Shown: positions 31,101 through 39,227 of the stretch, in pieces | Layout: the number at the start of each line of letters is the position of its first letter | How positions within the stretch are numbered: position 1 is the stretch's first letter | Source: Candidatus Woesearchaeota archaeon | GTDB taxonomy: Archaea > Nanobdellota > Nanobdellia > Woesearchaeales > JABGXB01 | Direction: 5' to 3' | DNA: 64,000 nucleotides | NCBI GenBank assembly: GCA_018675975.1 | Contig: JABGXB010000003.1 | Location: forward strand, 66,181 to 130,180 | Translations under genes and position numbers: made by a program | The notes under the pieces: model-generated | Databases searched by the model: none | What the model saw: only the letters and a program-made list of their open reading frames with translations | What the model was told of the DNA's origin: nothing

Positions 31101-33581
31101 GAATTTGCATCCGATTCAGAAGGTCTATTTAATGTAGCACCACCTGGACAAAATTCTTGTTTTTCAGCAGGAGATCCACAATATGATGATTTAAAATGTT
31201 TAGGTGATAATAATTATTTTGGAGAACCAGCATCTAATTTAATATCTTCATTAAGATGTGGTTGTGTTAGTGGGGTTCTTGGAAATTTACAAAAATATGA
31301 TAATACAATTGATGCAATTAATAGTTGTTTAAGACAAACTCAATTAGGGAAATTTTCAGGTAAATATTGTGAAAAATTAATTGCACAAAGTACATGTGAT
31401 ATTCTTGCAAGTGCAATGAGAAATGTAAAAAATAATCAACATAAATATGGTATTCCAAAAATTGCAGGAACAACTTTTAGATCTACTAATCCTATTGGAA
31501 TTATTGCACAATCTAAAAGTAGTCAAAAATCAATAGGTGAATTTTTTAATGATCGATATAGTAATAGTGCAGTTAGTTCTAAATTTACTTTAGGTTCACA
31601 AGAAATGGTACATAGTTTATGTATTGCAGCTATAACAGGAAATTACGATGACTTAACTGCATTCTTTGAAAGTACAGTAAACATAAATACACCACCTCAA
31701 ATTATGCCAATTGCTGGAGATAGTAGAATAATATATAAAAGTGAATTAGCTGGTGAAATGGATATTAAATATACAATTAATTCAATGATAATTGGAGGAG
31801 GAAATACTGTTGAATATAAATTACAATTACAATGCGATAGAAATGAAAGAGGTGGCGAATGGTGCCCTCAAGATAGAATTGAATTAAAAACAATTGCAGA
31901 AGGCGTAATTAATAAAAATCAAAGATTGGATAGAGGTTTTGTTTATGTAGACCAAGGTGCACAATGGTGGTATAATAAAGCTGTTTTAGAATACAAATAT
32001 AATTTTAATGATAAAGAAACAGTAAGATCAGTTTCAACTGGAATAATGAAAAGAGGAGATGTTTCAACACAATGTAATTTTAATTTACATCAAGGATTTG
32101 ATTGTATAACTGTTGATGGATTTGATGTAGGAACAGTAAGAATAATTCCATCAATAACTGAAGGATTGACAATATATCCAAAAAATACTAATGTCATTTA
32201 TCCAGGAGATTTATTACAAGGAAAAATAAGTATAGAAAAAATAAATTATAATGAAACTGACTTATGGTTAAATATAAAACAAAAAATCCCAGAAGATTAT
32301 ATTGGACCAAGAATTTCATTAATGACAGAAGCAGATATATTAAGTATAAATGAAAATGCAAAAAGAAAAAAAAATACATTAATGATTCCATTAATTAAAA
32401 AAGATGGAAAACCAAATTTAGAAAAAATAAATGATTATACTTATATTTTTCCAATATTAAAAATACCTGAAAATACAAAAGCTCGTGAAGAAATCACATT
32501 TGATAAATATCAATTTTTTACAAAAAGTCAAATACTTGATAACAATTTTAAACATTCAAAACTATTTCAAAATTCTAATGATATTGAAGATTCAGATTTA
32601 GTTAAATCAATTACAATAAAATCAACTAATTTAAAAATTGGTAAATTTAGTGCATTTGATAAAAATAAAAACGAAAAGCAAAATGCGAATCATATTAAAA
32701 ATAAAGAATTAAAAATTGAATTTGATAATAATAAGATCCAATTTGCAAACTTTGTATTAAATTTAGAAAATATAGTACTTGTTGATTCTACAAAAAATTT
32801 AGATTTAGATTTTTCAATAAACATATGTAAACCTGTTACTATACCACCAGCTACACCTGAATGTAAATCATATGAAATATCCAAAAATATTGATGTTTCA
32901 GTAGAAACAACTCAAGGCTATAATTCAGGTGAATTAATTTTTAATATAACTCTTGCAAAAAATGTAAATGGTGGAAATATTGAATTTGATGATGGAGATA
33001 AACCAATTATATATAGTGAAGATGGAAGAGAAAAAGTTCAAAATAAAATAATTAGAATTAATTTAAAAGATGAACCATTAAGTGAAGATAGTTGTAGAAC
33101 ATTAAAACCAGAATTAGAAATTATTAAACCAATTAAAAATGGATATTTATGTAGAGATGAAGATAAAAAAGATAATTATAATAAAATTCAAGCAATAATT
33201 CATCATAAATGTACTTCTTATTTTAATGCAAATTTAGATAATTATAATTTTAATATTGAAGTAACTCTTGCAGGAAAAAATTATATTAGCAAAGATATTA
33301 AATTTATACTAAATACACCTAATCAGAATTATGATAGTAGTACAGGAATAATTACAATAAATAAATTATTTGCTGAACAGTTTAGAGAAAGTAATTCAGA
33401 GTCATATAATAAATTAAATACTATAATGAATGAAATAAATCAAAATGATTTAGTTAATAAAGATCATTATGTTAAGTTAAAGATTAAAAAGAAAAAAAAT
33501 GATAACCCTGAACAATGGAATAAAGTAACAGAAAAAAGGCAAACGTGGGCATTTGCAAGAAATACAAATTTATGTAGTTAA
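28155..33581 (+). CDS. Giant secreted protein (Fn3/Ig-like repeats + Cys-rich region)
   Basis: Signal peptide, Fn3-like motifs (LRGLTLNKDY, LDQLLSGTKYEITI), Ig-like motifs (DDTAP, AIDRVGN) and a Cys-rich centre. Confidence 0.75.
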   Translation: MKRKLNMMNSKLIILIIILIFSFSLINAKFSNVHIKKSLNSEIEITLNTPNNLKVEIEVFEAQTSERIDQKESSPKTNHYLLLRGLTLNKDYILLLKTYDDSGRQIDHLNNLKFKFVSNYDYSNENEYEGYIEGELFLQNEEIIEEETNEVEENNEEPNNQEPNTNEVDQNENIIDPSSENNPDENIQTNENMILKNFNFISQINKINLTFETNHNSRIIITYKNEFSSPENKLVQNKVAYNYVLDQLLSGTKYEITIKACKMSDLNNCNEHIQNITTLSSSTNSNIQSDIKTNIKNGKVGQYLIINGTVDKNSIIKIYRNKNFNFALPEKLTQSTQLKINESGNVYGFYENTNDGPITYTILIENNGETKVIEYNAEINLEGPGLHITPIPGVVAPEFSLWGYVSKSSQIIYRVNNETINTSNENSVFNNVLSLGKYKTDEDRATIQIIAKDDYDNIEVEEFIAIIDDTAPEIQFDEDLKDIMSGNKEYHFPVLQLKGYAGEPNVRLYAVNFGNGQNSIAEFVVDARPTNPLAQIELKDGTFQEVIDKGMFDIAVKNLKGGNVAEDVIAKLKEHVDENRESFSHTDQISMYSMIDISLANSLKSLFTPIIDNNLNIYEVTADENGNFDFPIVMLQSGTEESDVHINNIGILAIDRVGNLKMFQYNVKYDPGEGAWTIGRKSKFPNSVYAMDWVETDMPVVLSYEFLYTGPGKNKIEDVAISVNKENNEFSDLWTIDSKRIRKKYDSNKGILKTEIPLKLNKLPPNTNVLDLPEGLDLEMEVTITSTLNDDVLSNDLKEQAAFGRRHIKQTVVIEIPETKWLNPKLVEKLIGVFDKVHKNLQKAIDVTKKVSVYTTALCGGLSFFSSLPFLGQTIDKSVLFGVCDRIACPYIPRNCQATNINEDGDTRTFSDEETGANVKYKFSDGSENCKPYGTDFNLIETESTYLNVDSNSDFRGGGLPLASGNIYSTQKTSYCLKMNQEEFASDSEGLFNVAPPGQNSCFSAGDPQYDDLKCLGDNNYFGEPASNLISSLRCGCVSGVLGNLQKYDNTIDAINSCLRQTQLGKFSGKYCEKLIAQSTCDILASAMRNVKNNQHKYGIPKIAGTTFRSTNPIGIIAQSKSSQKSIGEFFNDRYSNSAVSSKFTLGSQEMVHSLCIAAITGNYDDLTAFFESTVNINTPPQIMPIAGDSRIIYKSELAGEMDIKYTINSMIIGGGNTVEYKLQLQCDRNERGGEWCPQDRIELKTIAEGVINKNQRLDRGFVYVDQGAQWWYNKAVLEYKYNFNDKETVRSVSTGIMKRGDVSTQCNFNLHQGFDCITVDGFDVGTVRIIPSITEGLTIYPKNTNVIYPGDLLQGKISIEKINYNETDLWLNIKQKIPEDYIGPRISLMTEADILSINENAKRKKNTLMIPLIKKDGKPNLEKINDYTYIFPILKIPENTKAREEITFDKYQFFTKSQILDNNFKHSKLFQNSNDIEDSDLVKSITIKSTNLKIGKFSAFDKNKNEKQNANHIKNKELKIEFDNNKIQFANFVLNLENIVLVDSTKNLDLDFSINICKPVTIPPATPECKSYEISKNIDVSVETTQGYNSGELIFNITLAKNVNGGNIEFDDGDKPIIYSEDGREKVQNKIIRINLKDEPLSEDSCRTLKPELEIIKPIKNGYLCRDEDKKDNYNKIQAIIHHKCTSYFNANLDNYNFNIEVTLAGKNYISKDIKFILNTPNQNYDSSTGIITINKLFAEQFRESNSESYNKLNTIMNEINQNDLVNKDHYVKLKIKKKKNDNPEQWNKVTEKRQTWAFARNTNLCS

Positions 33582-33582
33582 T

Positions 33583-34953
33583 ATGAATTTATGTAATAAA
33601 AAATGTCAAAAAAATAATTCTTGCATTTACAAACAATGCCCATATAATCTATTTAAGTCAATTAATACAAATATAATAAATAAAAATAATTATTCTGGCC
33701 CATTAGTTAATACATTCATTGGTTCATTCAATTATCCTAATGTAAATATGAGTGTCATTGCAAATTATAAAAAAGATTTTAATGATATTGATGATGTAAC
33801 TGAATGGAAAAATAAAAAATTAAATATTAATGATATTTTATTGAGGAGAATACATGCAATTAATAGTTCTAAACAAAATAATGTAAAATCAGTAAAAACT
33901 AATGACCAAAAAAGTTTGAGAACATTTAATATTAATAAACCCATTAATAAAAATAAAAAATATGAAATTGAAAAACAATGTATAAATAATTCTTTATTAG
34001 TAAAAAATAGTTTTGAAATTGATAAAATTCAAAATAAGGATTTTATGCAAAATATTCAACTATTGAGTTTGTCTAATAAAAATATTGAAGGTGAAATTAA
34101 TTTTTCAAGTAGAATTCAAAGTAAAATACAATTTGATTCATATACAAAGCCATTTGGACCTAAAGTTAATTTGAAAAATTTTAGTATTGAAGAAAATGTA
34201 CATGTTCCAACAGTAGTTGATAAAATAATTAATGATGATCTTAATGCCAATGAGGCTTTAATTAAATTAAATAAAAAAAATTTTGATTCATATTATTTAA
34301 CTAAAATATTTTCAACGGGAAATTTAGGTAAAAATAAAAGAATAGTTCCTACAAAATGGTCAATAACAGCAGTTGATGATAGTCTATCGATTCAAAATTT
34401 AAAAAATATTAAACAATTTGATATTGGTAATGACTATATGATTTACACTGATAATTATTTGGGAAATCATTATATTATTTTATTTATGCCAAATCAATTT
34501 TCATATCAATTAAATGAAATTATGATAGATAATACTATGGACTTATTTGATAGTCATTTAAAAAAAGTAAGAGAAATTAATTTAAATTACAATTATGATT
34601 ATGAAAATTTTTATGGAAGAAAAAATTATGCTACAAATACAGCTGGTGCATATTATGCAGCTAGATATTCAATTAGCCAAAAATTAATGGAATTAAAAAG
34701 ACAATATAAAGTAGCCATATTTAGATTTATATCAAATGAATATTATGTACCTTTAGGAGTTTGGGTTGTAAGAGAGGGAATATTAAAAACTCTTCAAACA
34801 AAGCCAATTATATTTCAAGATGAAGAACTTGTAAAAAATTACATATTACAATTATCTAAAAAAAAATATAGAGTAAATATAAATAATATATTTAAAGAAA
34901 GTAAAATATTTAATGAAAAAGAAGAACAAAAAAACATATTATTATTCACCTAA
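33583..34953 (+). CDS. nreA: Archaeal DNA repair protein NreA
   Basis: N-terminal Cys cluster, FIGSFNYPNV, RIVPTKWSITAVD, GAYYAAR, YYVPLGVWVVRE and a C-terminal PIP-like QKNILLF. Confidence 0.9.
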   Translation: MNLCNKKCQKNNSCIYKQCPYNLFKSINTNIINKNNYSGPLVNTFIGSFNYPNVNMSVIANYKKDFNDIDDVTEWKNKKLNINDILLRRIHAINSSKQNNVKSVKTNDQKSLRTFNINKPINKNKKYEIEKQCINNSLLVKNSFEIDKIQNKDFMQNIQLLSLSNKNIEGEINFSSRIQSKIQFDSYTKPFGPKVNLKNFSIEENVHVPTVVDKIINDDLNANEALIKLNKKNFDSYYLTKIFSTGNLGKNKRIVPTKWSITAVDDSLSIQNLKNIKQFDIGNDYMIYTDNYLGNHYIILFMPNQFSYQLNEIMIDNTMDLFDSHLKKVREINLNYNYDYENFYGRKNYATNTAGAYYAARYSISQKLMELKRQYKVAIFRFISNEYYVPLGVWVVREGILKTLQTKPIIFQDEELVKNYILQLSKKKYRVNINNIFKESKIFNEKEEQKNILLFT

Positions 34954-34984
34954 ATTTATAAAATATGAATTATAATTAATTATT

Positions 34985-35653
34985 ATGGAATTTAATGAAT
35001 TAAAATTATTATTATTTGAACCAAAAAAATTTTTTAAATTAAAAAAAAACGAAAGTTCACATTTTACAATTTTATTAAATTTATTTATATTTGTAATAAT
35101 AAATTCAATATTATACAATTTATTAGAAATATTTACAAGTAATAAATATGGATTTAATCCATTTATATTTATTATTTTTATTATAATAATGATTATATTT
35201 ATATTAATTTTTTCAATTATTCAAACGTTATTTTCATCATATTTAGAGTCTGCATTTAATCATCTATTTGTAATGTTATTTAAAACAAAATATACATTTT
35301 TAGAAACATTTAAGCCAACAACTTATTCAAAAATAGTTACAATTCTTTATACTATTATATTACTCCCATTTATTTATATGATAAAACCCTTTATTGAATC
35401 TAAGCAATTTAATAATACATTTTTTATTTTAATTACACTAATTTTTATTATATTAATTAGTACATTAATTCATTCTTTTTATGTAAAAGCAATTGGAATT
35501 TCCCATTACCATAAATTATCATTTGCAAAATCATTATGGAGTGCAATACTTGGTAATTTATGTATACTTGTAATTACACTTGGATTATTATTTTTGATAG
35601 GAATGATTTTTGTAATAATATTTGGGTCTAAAATACCAAATGTTATATTTTAA
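34985..35653 (+). CDS. Yip1-like membrane protein
   Basis: LLFEPKKFF start, several TM helices, and HKLSFAKS. Confidence 0.7.
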   Translation: MEFNELKLLLFEPKKFFKLKKNESSHFTILLNLFIFVIINSILYNLLEIFTSNKYGFNPFIFIIFIIIMIIFILIFSIIQTLFSSYLESAFNHLFVMLFKTKYTFLETFKPTTYSKIVTILYTIILLPFIYMIKPFIESKQFNNTFFILITLIFIILISTLIHSFYVKAIGISHYHKLSFAKSLWSAILGNLCILVITLGLLFLIGMIFVIIFGSKIPNVIF

Positions 35654-35667
35654 AAAAAAGAAAAAAA

Positions 35668-35880
35668 TTAATTAATACTTTCATTAATTATTTCTTGAGT
35701 ATCATTTATAGTTTCATTAGGACCTCTCCCATCAAAACTAATATTAACTTTCCCAGAATTACTATTAGAATTTATACTAGGAATTTCTGTTTGTACCTGA
35801 ATATATTCAGTTTCAACACTATTACATGCCATTAAAAAAATACTCAAAATCACCATTAAAAAGATTATTGACTTTTTCAT
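35668..35880 (-). CDS. Small exported/lipoprotein-like protein
   Basis: MKKSIIFLMVILSIFLMAC signal with an upstream TATA. Confidence 0.55.
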   Translation of the reverse strand: MKKSIIFLMVILSIFLMACNSVETEYIQVQTEIPSINSNSNSGKVNISFDGRGPNETINDTQEIINESIN

Positions 35881-35919
35881 TTTAATTAAAGTTAATAATA
35901 ATAGTTTATAAATTTTACA

Positions 35920-36009
35920 TTAACATCGCGATTAAGAGAAGTTTTTCAAACGCAGTGAGAAAAATTTGGGAAAATTCCTGCAAGGGATTTTCCTCTTAAT
36001 CACTGTTAA
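35920..36009 (+). repeat. attC-like branched hairpin site A
   Basis: TTAACA[TC]GCGATTAAGAG...CTCTTAATCACTGTTAA outer stem with a 2-nt bulge and two internal hairpins, the second with a TGCAA loop. It ends in GTTAAAC (GTTRRRY). Confidence 0.7.
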
Positions 36010-36074
36010 ACTCCCTGAACGGAACGAAGTGGAGTGAGAGTGCAACGTGGTCGACCGAAGGGAGAAGTTAGTGC

Positions 36075-36809
36075 TCAAGAATTCAATGAAATGAATTTCT
36101 TAATTTGCGGAATTACTTGTTGAATGTTAAGTTCATGGCCAGTTTTTGGGATTTTTTTGACTTTATAATTTTGTTTAAGAAGTAAAAAGTCTCTTTTAGT
36201 TTTGTTAAATTCATCTTCACTTCCTTGTAAAATTAGAACATGTTCAGCTTTGCTTTTAGGAATGATGTCTCTTTTATTATATTTCATAAGATCAATATGA
36301 TAGCCATATTTTATGGGCAGTCTTCGATTTGGCAACAATTTTCCTTTTTGAAAACTTTTCAGATCAGGTAAAATCCCTAACTTTTTCCAAGCCTTTGAAA
36401 AATCACTTTCATGTTCGAAAAACCCATCATATCCTATGAGAATTAGATTTTTCACTTTCTTTTTTGAAGAGAAAATCAAAGCAACTATTGAACCATGAGA
36501 CCAGCCAACAATCGCAACATCATTCCAATTTTTGTCTGAAAATTTAACTTTACAATAATCTAATAAGCTATTCAAATCAGAAACCATTTCAGAAGTTTTC
36601 AAGTTTTCAATAGAACCAGAACTTTTTCCTGTATTTCTATAATCAAAAGAGACTACAAAGAAATCTTTTGAAATATTTCTCACAAATTCCAGATTATGAA
36701 GATCATCCTTAGATTCTCCAAAACCAACACAATAAATAACTGGAATCTTATTTCTTACGCCATGAACTTGAAATTCTATAAAATTTTGATTTGGTAACTC
36801 TAACTTCAT
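36075..36809 (-). CDS. Alpha/beta-hydrolase (cassette-borne)
   Basis: FDYRNTGKS, nucleophile elbow GWSHG, QGSED and GH. It has its own TATA-like TTTTATTAA about 25 nt upstream. Confidence 0.85.
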   Translation of the reverse strand: MKLELPNQNFIEFQVHGVRNKIPVIYCVGFGESKDDLHNLEFVRNISKDFFVVSFDYRNTGKSSGSIENLKTSEMVSDLNSLLDYCKVKFSDKNWNDVAIVGWSHGSIVALIFSSKKKVKNLILIGYDGFFEHESDFSKAWKKLGILPDLKSFQKGKLLPNRRLPIKYGYHIDLMKYNKRDIIPKSKAEHVLILQGSEDEFNKTKRDFLLLKQNYKVKKIPKTGHELNIQQVIPQIKKFISLNS

Positions 36810-36867
36810 AATAACAAATTATGAGAGCAGATTAATAAAACTTACTTCTTGAACACTAATTGAGTTT

Positions 36868-36981
36868 AACATACGGGTTTAAAGATGTTTAATTTTTTGA
36901 GAGAGGAACGAATGAAATGAGTGACATCGAAAAAATTAAATATGGGCGGAGACTGCAAGTCGGAGCCTTTAAACCCGTGAT
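36868..36981 (+). repeat. attC-like branched hairpin site C
   Basis: AAC-A[TA]CGGGTTTAAAG...CTTTAAACCCGT-GAT stem with the same two-hairpin interior and a GAC-TGCAA-GTC loop. Confidence 0.75.
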
Positions 36982-37466
36982 AAATTAGCGAGTGCAACGA
37001 GCGATAGTCGCCCCAATTTCATTTTCTAAAAAAATAAACTGAAACATAATTGAAATAAGTTTATCTATGTTCCTATAGGAAAAATAAAACTTAAAATAAA
37101 AAATTACTAAAAAAATAATTTAATTAAATAAAAAATTAAATTTTATTTCAAGGGGGCGATTGAATTTATCATACGGGTTTAAAGATGTTTAATTTTTTGA
37201 GAGAGGAACGAATGAAATGAGTGACATCGAAAAAATTAAATATGGGCGAAGACTGCAAGTCGAAGCCTTTAAACCCGTGATAAATTAGCGAGTGCAACGA
37301 GCGGTAGTCGCCCCAATTTCATTTTCTAAAAAAATAAACTGAAACATAATTGAAATAAGTTTATCTATGTTCCTATAGGAAAAATAAAACTTAAAATAAA
37401 AAATTACTAAAAAAATAATTGATTAAAAATAATAATTTTTATTTCAAGGGGGCGATTGAATTTATC
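36871..37466 (+). repeat. Two near-identical tandem units (300 and 296 bp), each a site plus an ORF-less cassette
   Basis: 36871-37170 and 37171-37466 are identical except for three substitutions and a diverged A/T stretch. Confidence 0.95.
37168..37281 (+). repeat. attC-like branched hairpin site D
   Basis: Copy of site C beginning ATC-A[TA]CGGG and ending CCCGT-GAT. Confidence 0.75.
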
Positions 37467-37606
37467 ACCTATTAAATGAAGTTTTTTTAAGTTCATTTAA
37501 TATTTTGGAAAATAAAACATTAAATAAGTAAAAAAAACAACTATTCTGAAAACTTTTTATATCTTATTACAATAAATTTATTATCCTAATTTCCAATAAG
37601 TGATAT

Positions 37607-38422
37607 ATGAATTCTAAAGTTAATATAATATTAAAATTTAATGAAATAACTAAATTAAAAGGATTTTCTAAAGATACAATTAAGGCATATAAATTCTGGA
37701 TTGAAAAATATATTAAATTTTGTAATCAATTTTCATTTAATCACAATATAGAAAGTGTTAAAAGATATTTTTTAATTAAGGATCAAATTGGATTTAATTC
37801 AATGAGACAAAGATATGCTGCAATTAAATTTTTATTTTGTCAAATTTTAAAAATTAAAAAATTCTATGTCGAAATTCCAAATGTTAAAAGACCTAAACAA
37901 ATTCCTAAAGTGATTTCTAAAAATAAAATTTTAACTATGATTAATAATTGTAAAAATATTAAACATAGATTAGTTATTAAATTATTATATAGTTCAGGTA
38001 TTAGACTATCCGAATTAATTAATTTAAAAAAACAAGATATTGATTTTGATCAAAATACAATATTAATAAAAAGTGGTAAGGGAAATAAAGATAGAATAAC
38101 TATTTTTGCAAATTCAATTAAAATAGATTTATTAAAATATTTTTCTAATACAGAATTTAAAACAAAATACTTATTTGAAGGGAGATCTGGTAAATACACT
38201 AAAAAAAGTATTCAATTAATTTTGGAAAAATATTCTAAAGTAATTAATCAAAAAGTAACACCACATATGTTAAGACATAGCTTTGCTACACACCTATTAG
38301 AATCAGGAACAGATATTAGATTAATTCAAGAACTATTAGGACATGAAAGCGTTAGAACAACTCAAATATATACAAAGGTTGCAAAAACAAATATATTAAA
38401 AATAAAAAATCCATTAGATTAA
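37607..38422 (+). CDS. Tyrosine recombinase (XerA / integron-integrase-like)
   Basis: N-terminal SAM-like domain, LLYSSGIRLSE, GKGNKDR, and HMLRHSFATHLLESGTDIRLIQELLGH...TTQIY. All R-K-H-R-H-Y catalytic residues are present. Confidence 0.93.
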   Translation: MNSKVNIILKFNEITKLKGFSKDTIKAYKFWIEKYIKFCNQFSFNHNIESVKRYFLIKDQIGFNSMRQRYAAIKFLFCQILKIKKFYVEIPNVKRPKQIPKVISKNKILTMINNCKNIKHRLVIKLLYSSGIRLSELINLKKQDIDFDQNTILIKSGKGNKDRITIFANSIKIDLLKYFSNTEFKTKYLFEGRSGKYTKKSIQLILEKYSKVINQKVTPHMLRHSFATHLLESGTDIRLIQELLGHESVRTTQIYTKVAKTNILKIKNPLD

Positions 38423-38484
38423 GATATACACTGGACAAGACAAATTAGAAAATTAATTATAAATTAAAACAGCTAATTATTATT

Positions 38485-38724
38485 ATGATTGACTTATGTA
38501 TGAAATTTCAAATTTATCAATGTAATAATTGTGGAAATATTCAAGCAAGTACATCAAAAAAAACATTTAAATGTTTTAATTGTGCTAAATCAATTAAAAT
38601 TTTAATAAAAAATAAATCAGGCTCAAATTTAAAAATATTATTTTCAACAAATGATTCTAGTGAAGCTCCCTTCATGGTAAGAGAATTAAAAAGACTAAAA
38701 TATGAAGGTAAATTCTTTGTTTAA
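38485..38724 (+). CDS. Small zinc-ribbon protein
   Basis: CNNC...CFNC. Confidence 0.65.
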   Translation: MIDLCMKFQIYQCNNCGNIQASTSKKTFKCFNCAKSIKILIKNKSGSNLKILFSTNDSSEAPFMVRELKRLKYEGKFFV

Positions 38725-38765
38725 TTATTACAATAATTTATAAATTCAAAAAAGAAAAAACTCTT

Positions 38766-39161
38766 ATGGATAAAATAAAAGGCTGGAAACCAATTCCAAT
38801 TTCATTAAAAATTATATTTGTATTATTTATTCTTTGGATATTTGGATCCATAATGAGTATTTCTATGAGATATGAATTAGGTCTTCCTTTCTTTGGAAAT
38901 TACATAAGTGGTTTTATTGCAGCTTTAATTGTATTTTTATTAGATATATTAGGACCGATTTTATTTTTGTATGGATTATGGAATAGAAAATCATGGACTA
39001 ATATGATTGCATATATTTTTATTTCAATTTTTGTATTAAATAGTGTTTTTGCACTAATTTATTTTAGAGAATTATTAGGTATTATGCCAATAGTAATTCC
39101 TGCATTAGTTTATTTAGTTTTTATGATTATAATTAATTTAAATAAAAATTATTTTGAATAA
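38766..39161 (+). CDS. Membrane protein
   Basis: Four hydrophobic helices. Confidence 0.65.
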   Translation: MDKIKGWKPIPISLKIIFVLFILWIFGSIMSISMRYELGLPFFGNYISGFIAALIVFLLDILGPILFLYGLWNRKSWTNMIAYIFISIFVLNSVFALIYFRELLGIMPIVIPALVYLVFMIIINLNKNYFE

Positions 39162-39227
39162 ATTGTTTATAAATTAAAATCATTATGTTTTTAAATAAGA
39201 TATATTCTCATAAACCTAGGTGATATT

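Larger units (their letters stand above)
35920..38422. mobile_element. Integron-like cassette array plus adjacent tyrosine recombinase
   Basis: Three branched hairpin sites alternate with three TIR-bounded cassettes, followed by a degenerate site and a recombinase gene. Confidence 0.7.

Noticed and set aside
35891..35924. GTTAAT...ATTAAC mini-cassette left of site A, and ACATTAA direct repeat at about 35917 and 37517
   Set aside because: Only 6-7 bp in very AT-rich DNA, and the interval holds the TATA box of the neighbouring gene, so it is plausibly chance.
35920..36070. tRNA or tRNA-derived attachment site next to the integrase
   Set aside because: GC-richer and structured, but no cloverleaf, T-loop GTTCRA or CCA end could be built.
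36871..37466. CRISPR array
   Set aside because: The repeat units are about 110-bp structured sites with near-identical 190-bp inserts. There is no short repeat/unique spacer pattern and no cas genes.
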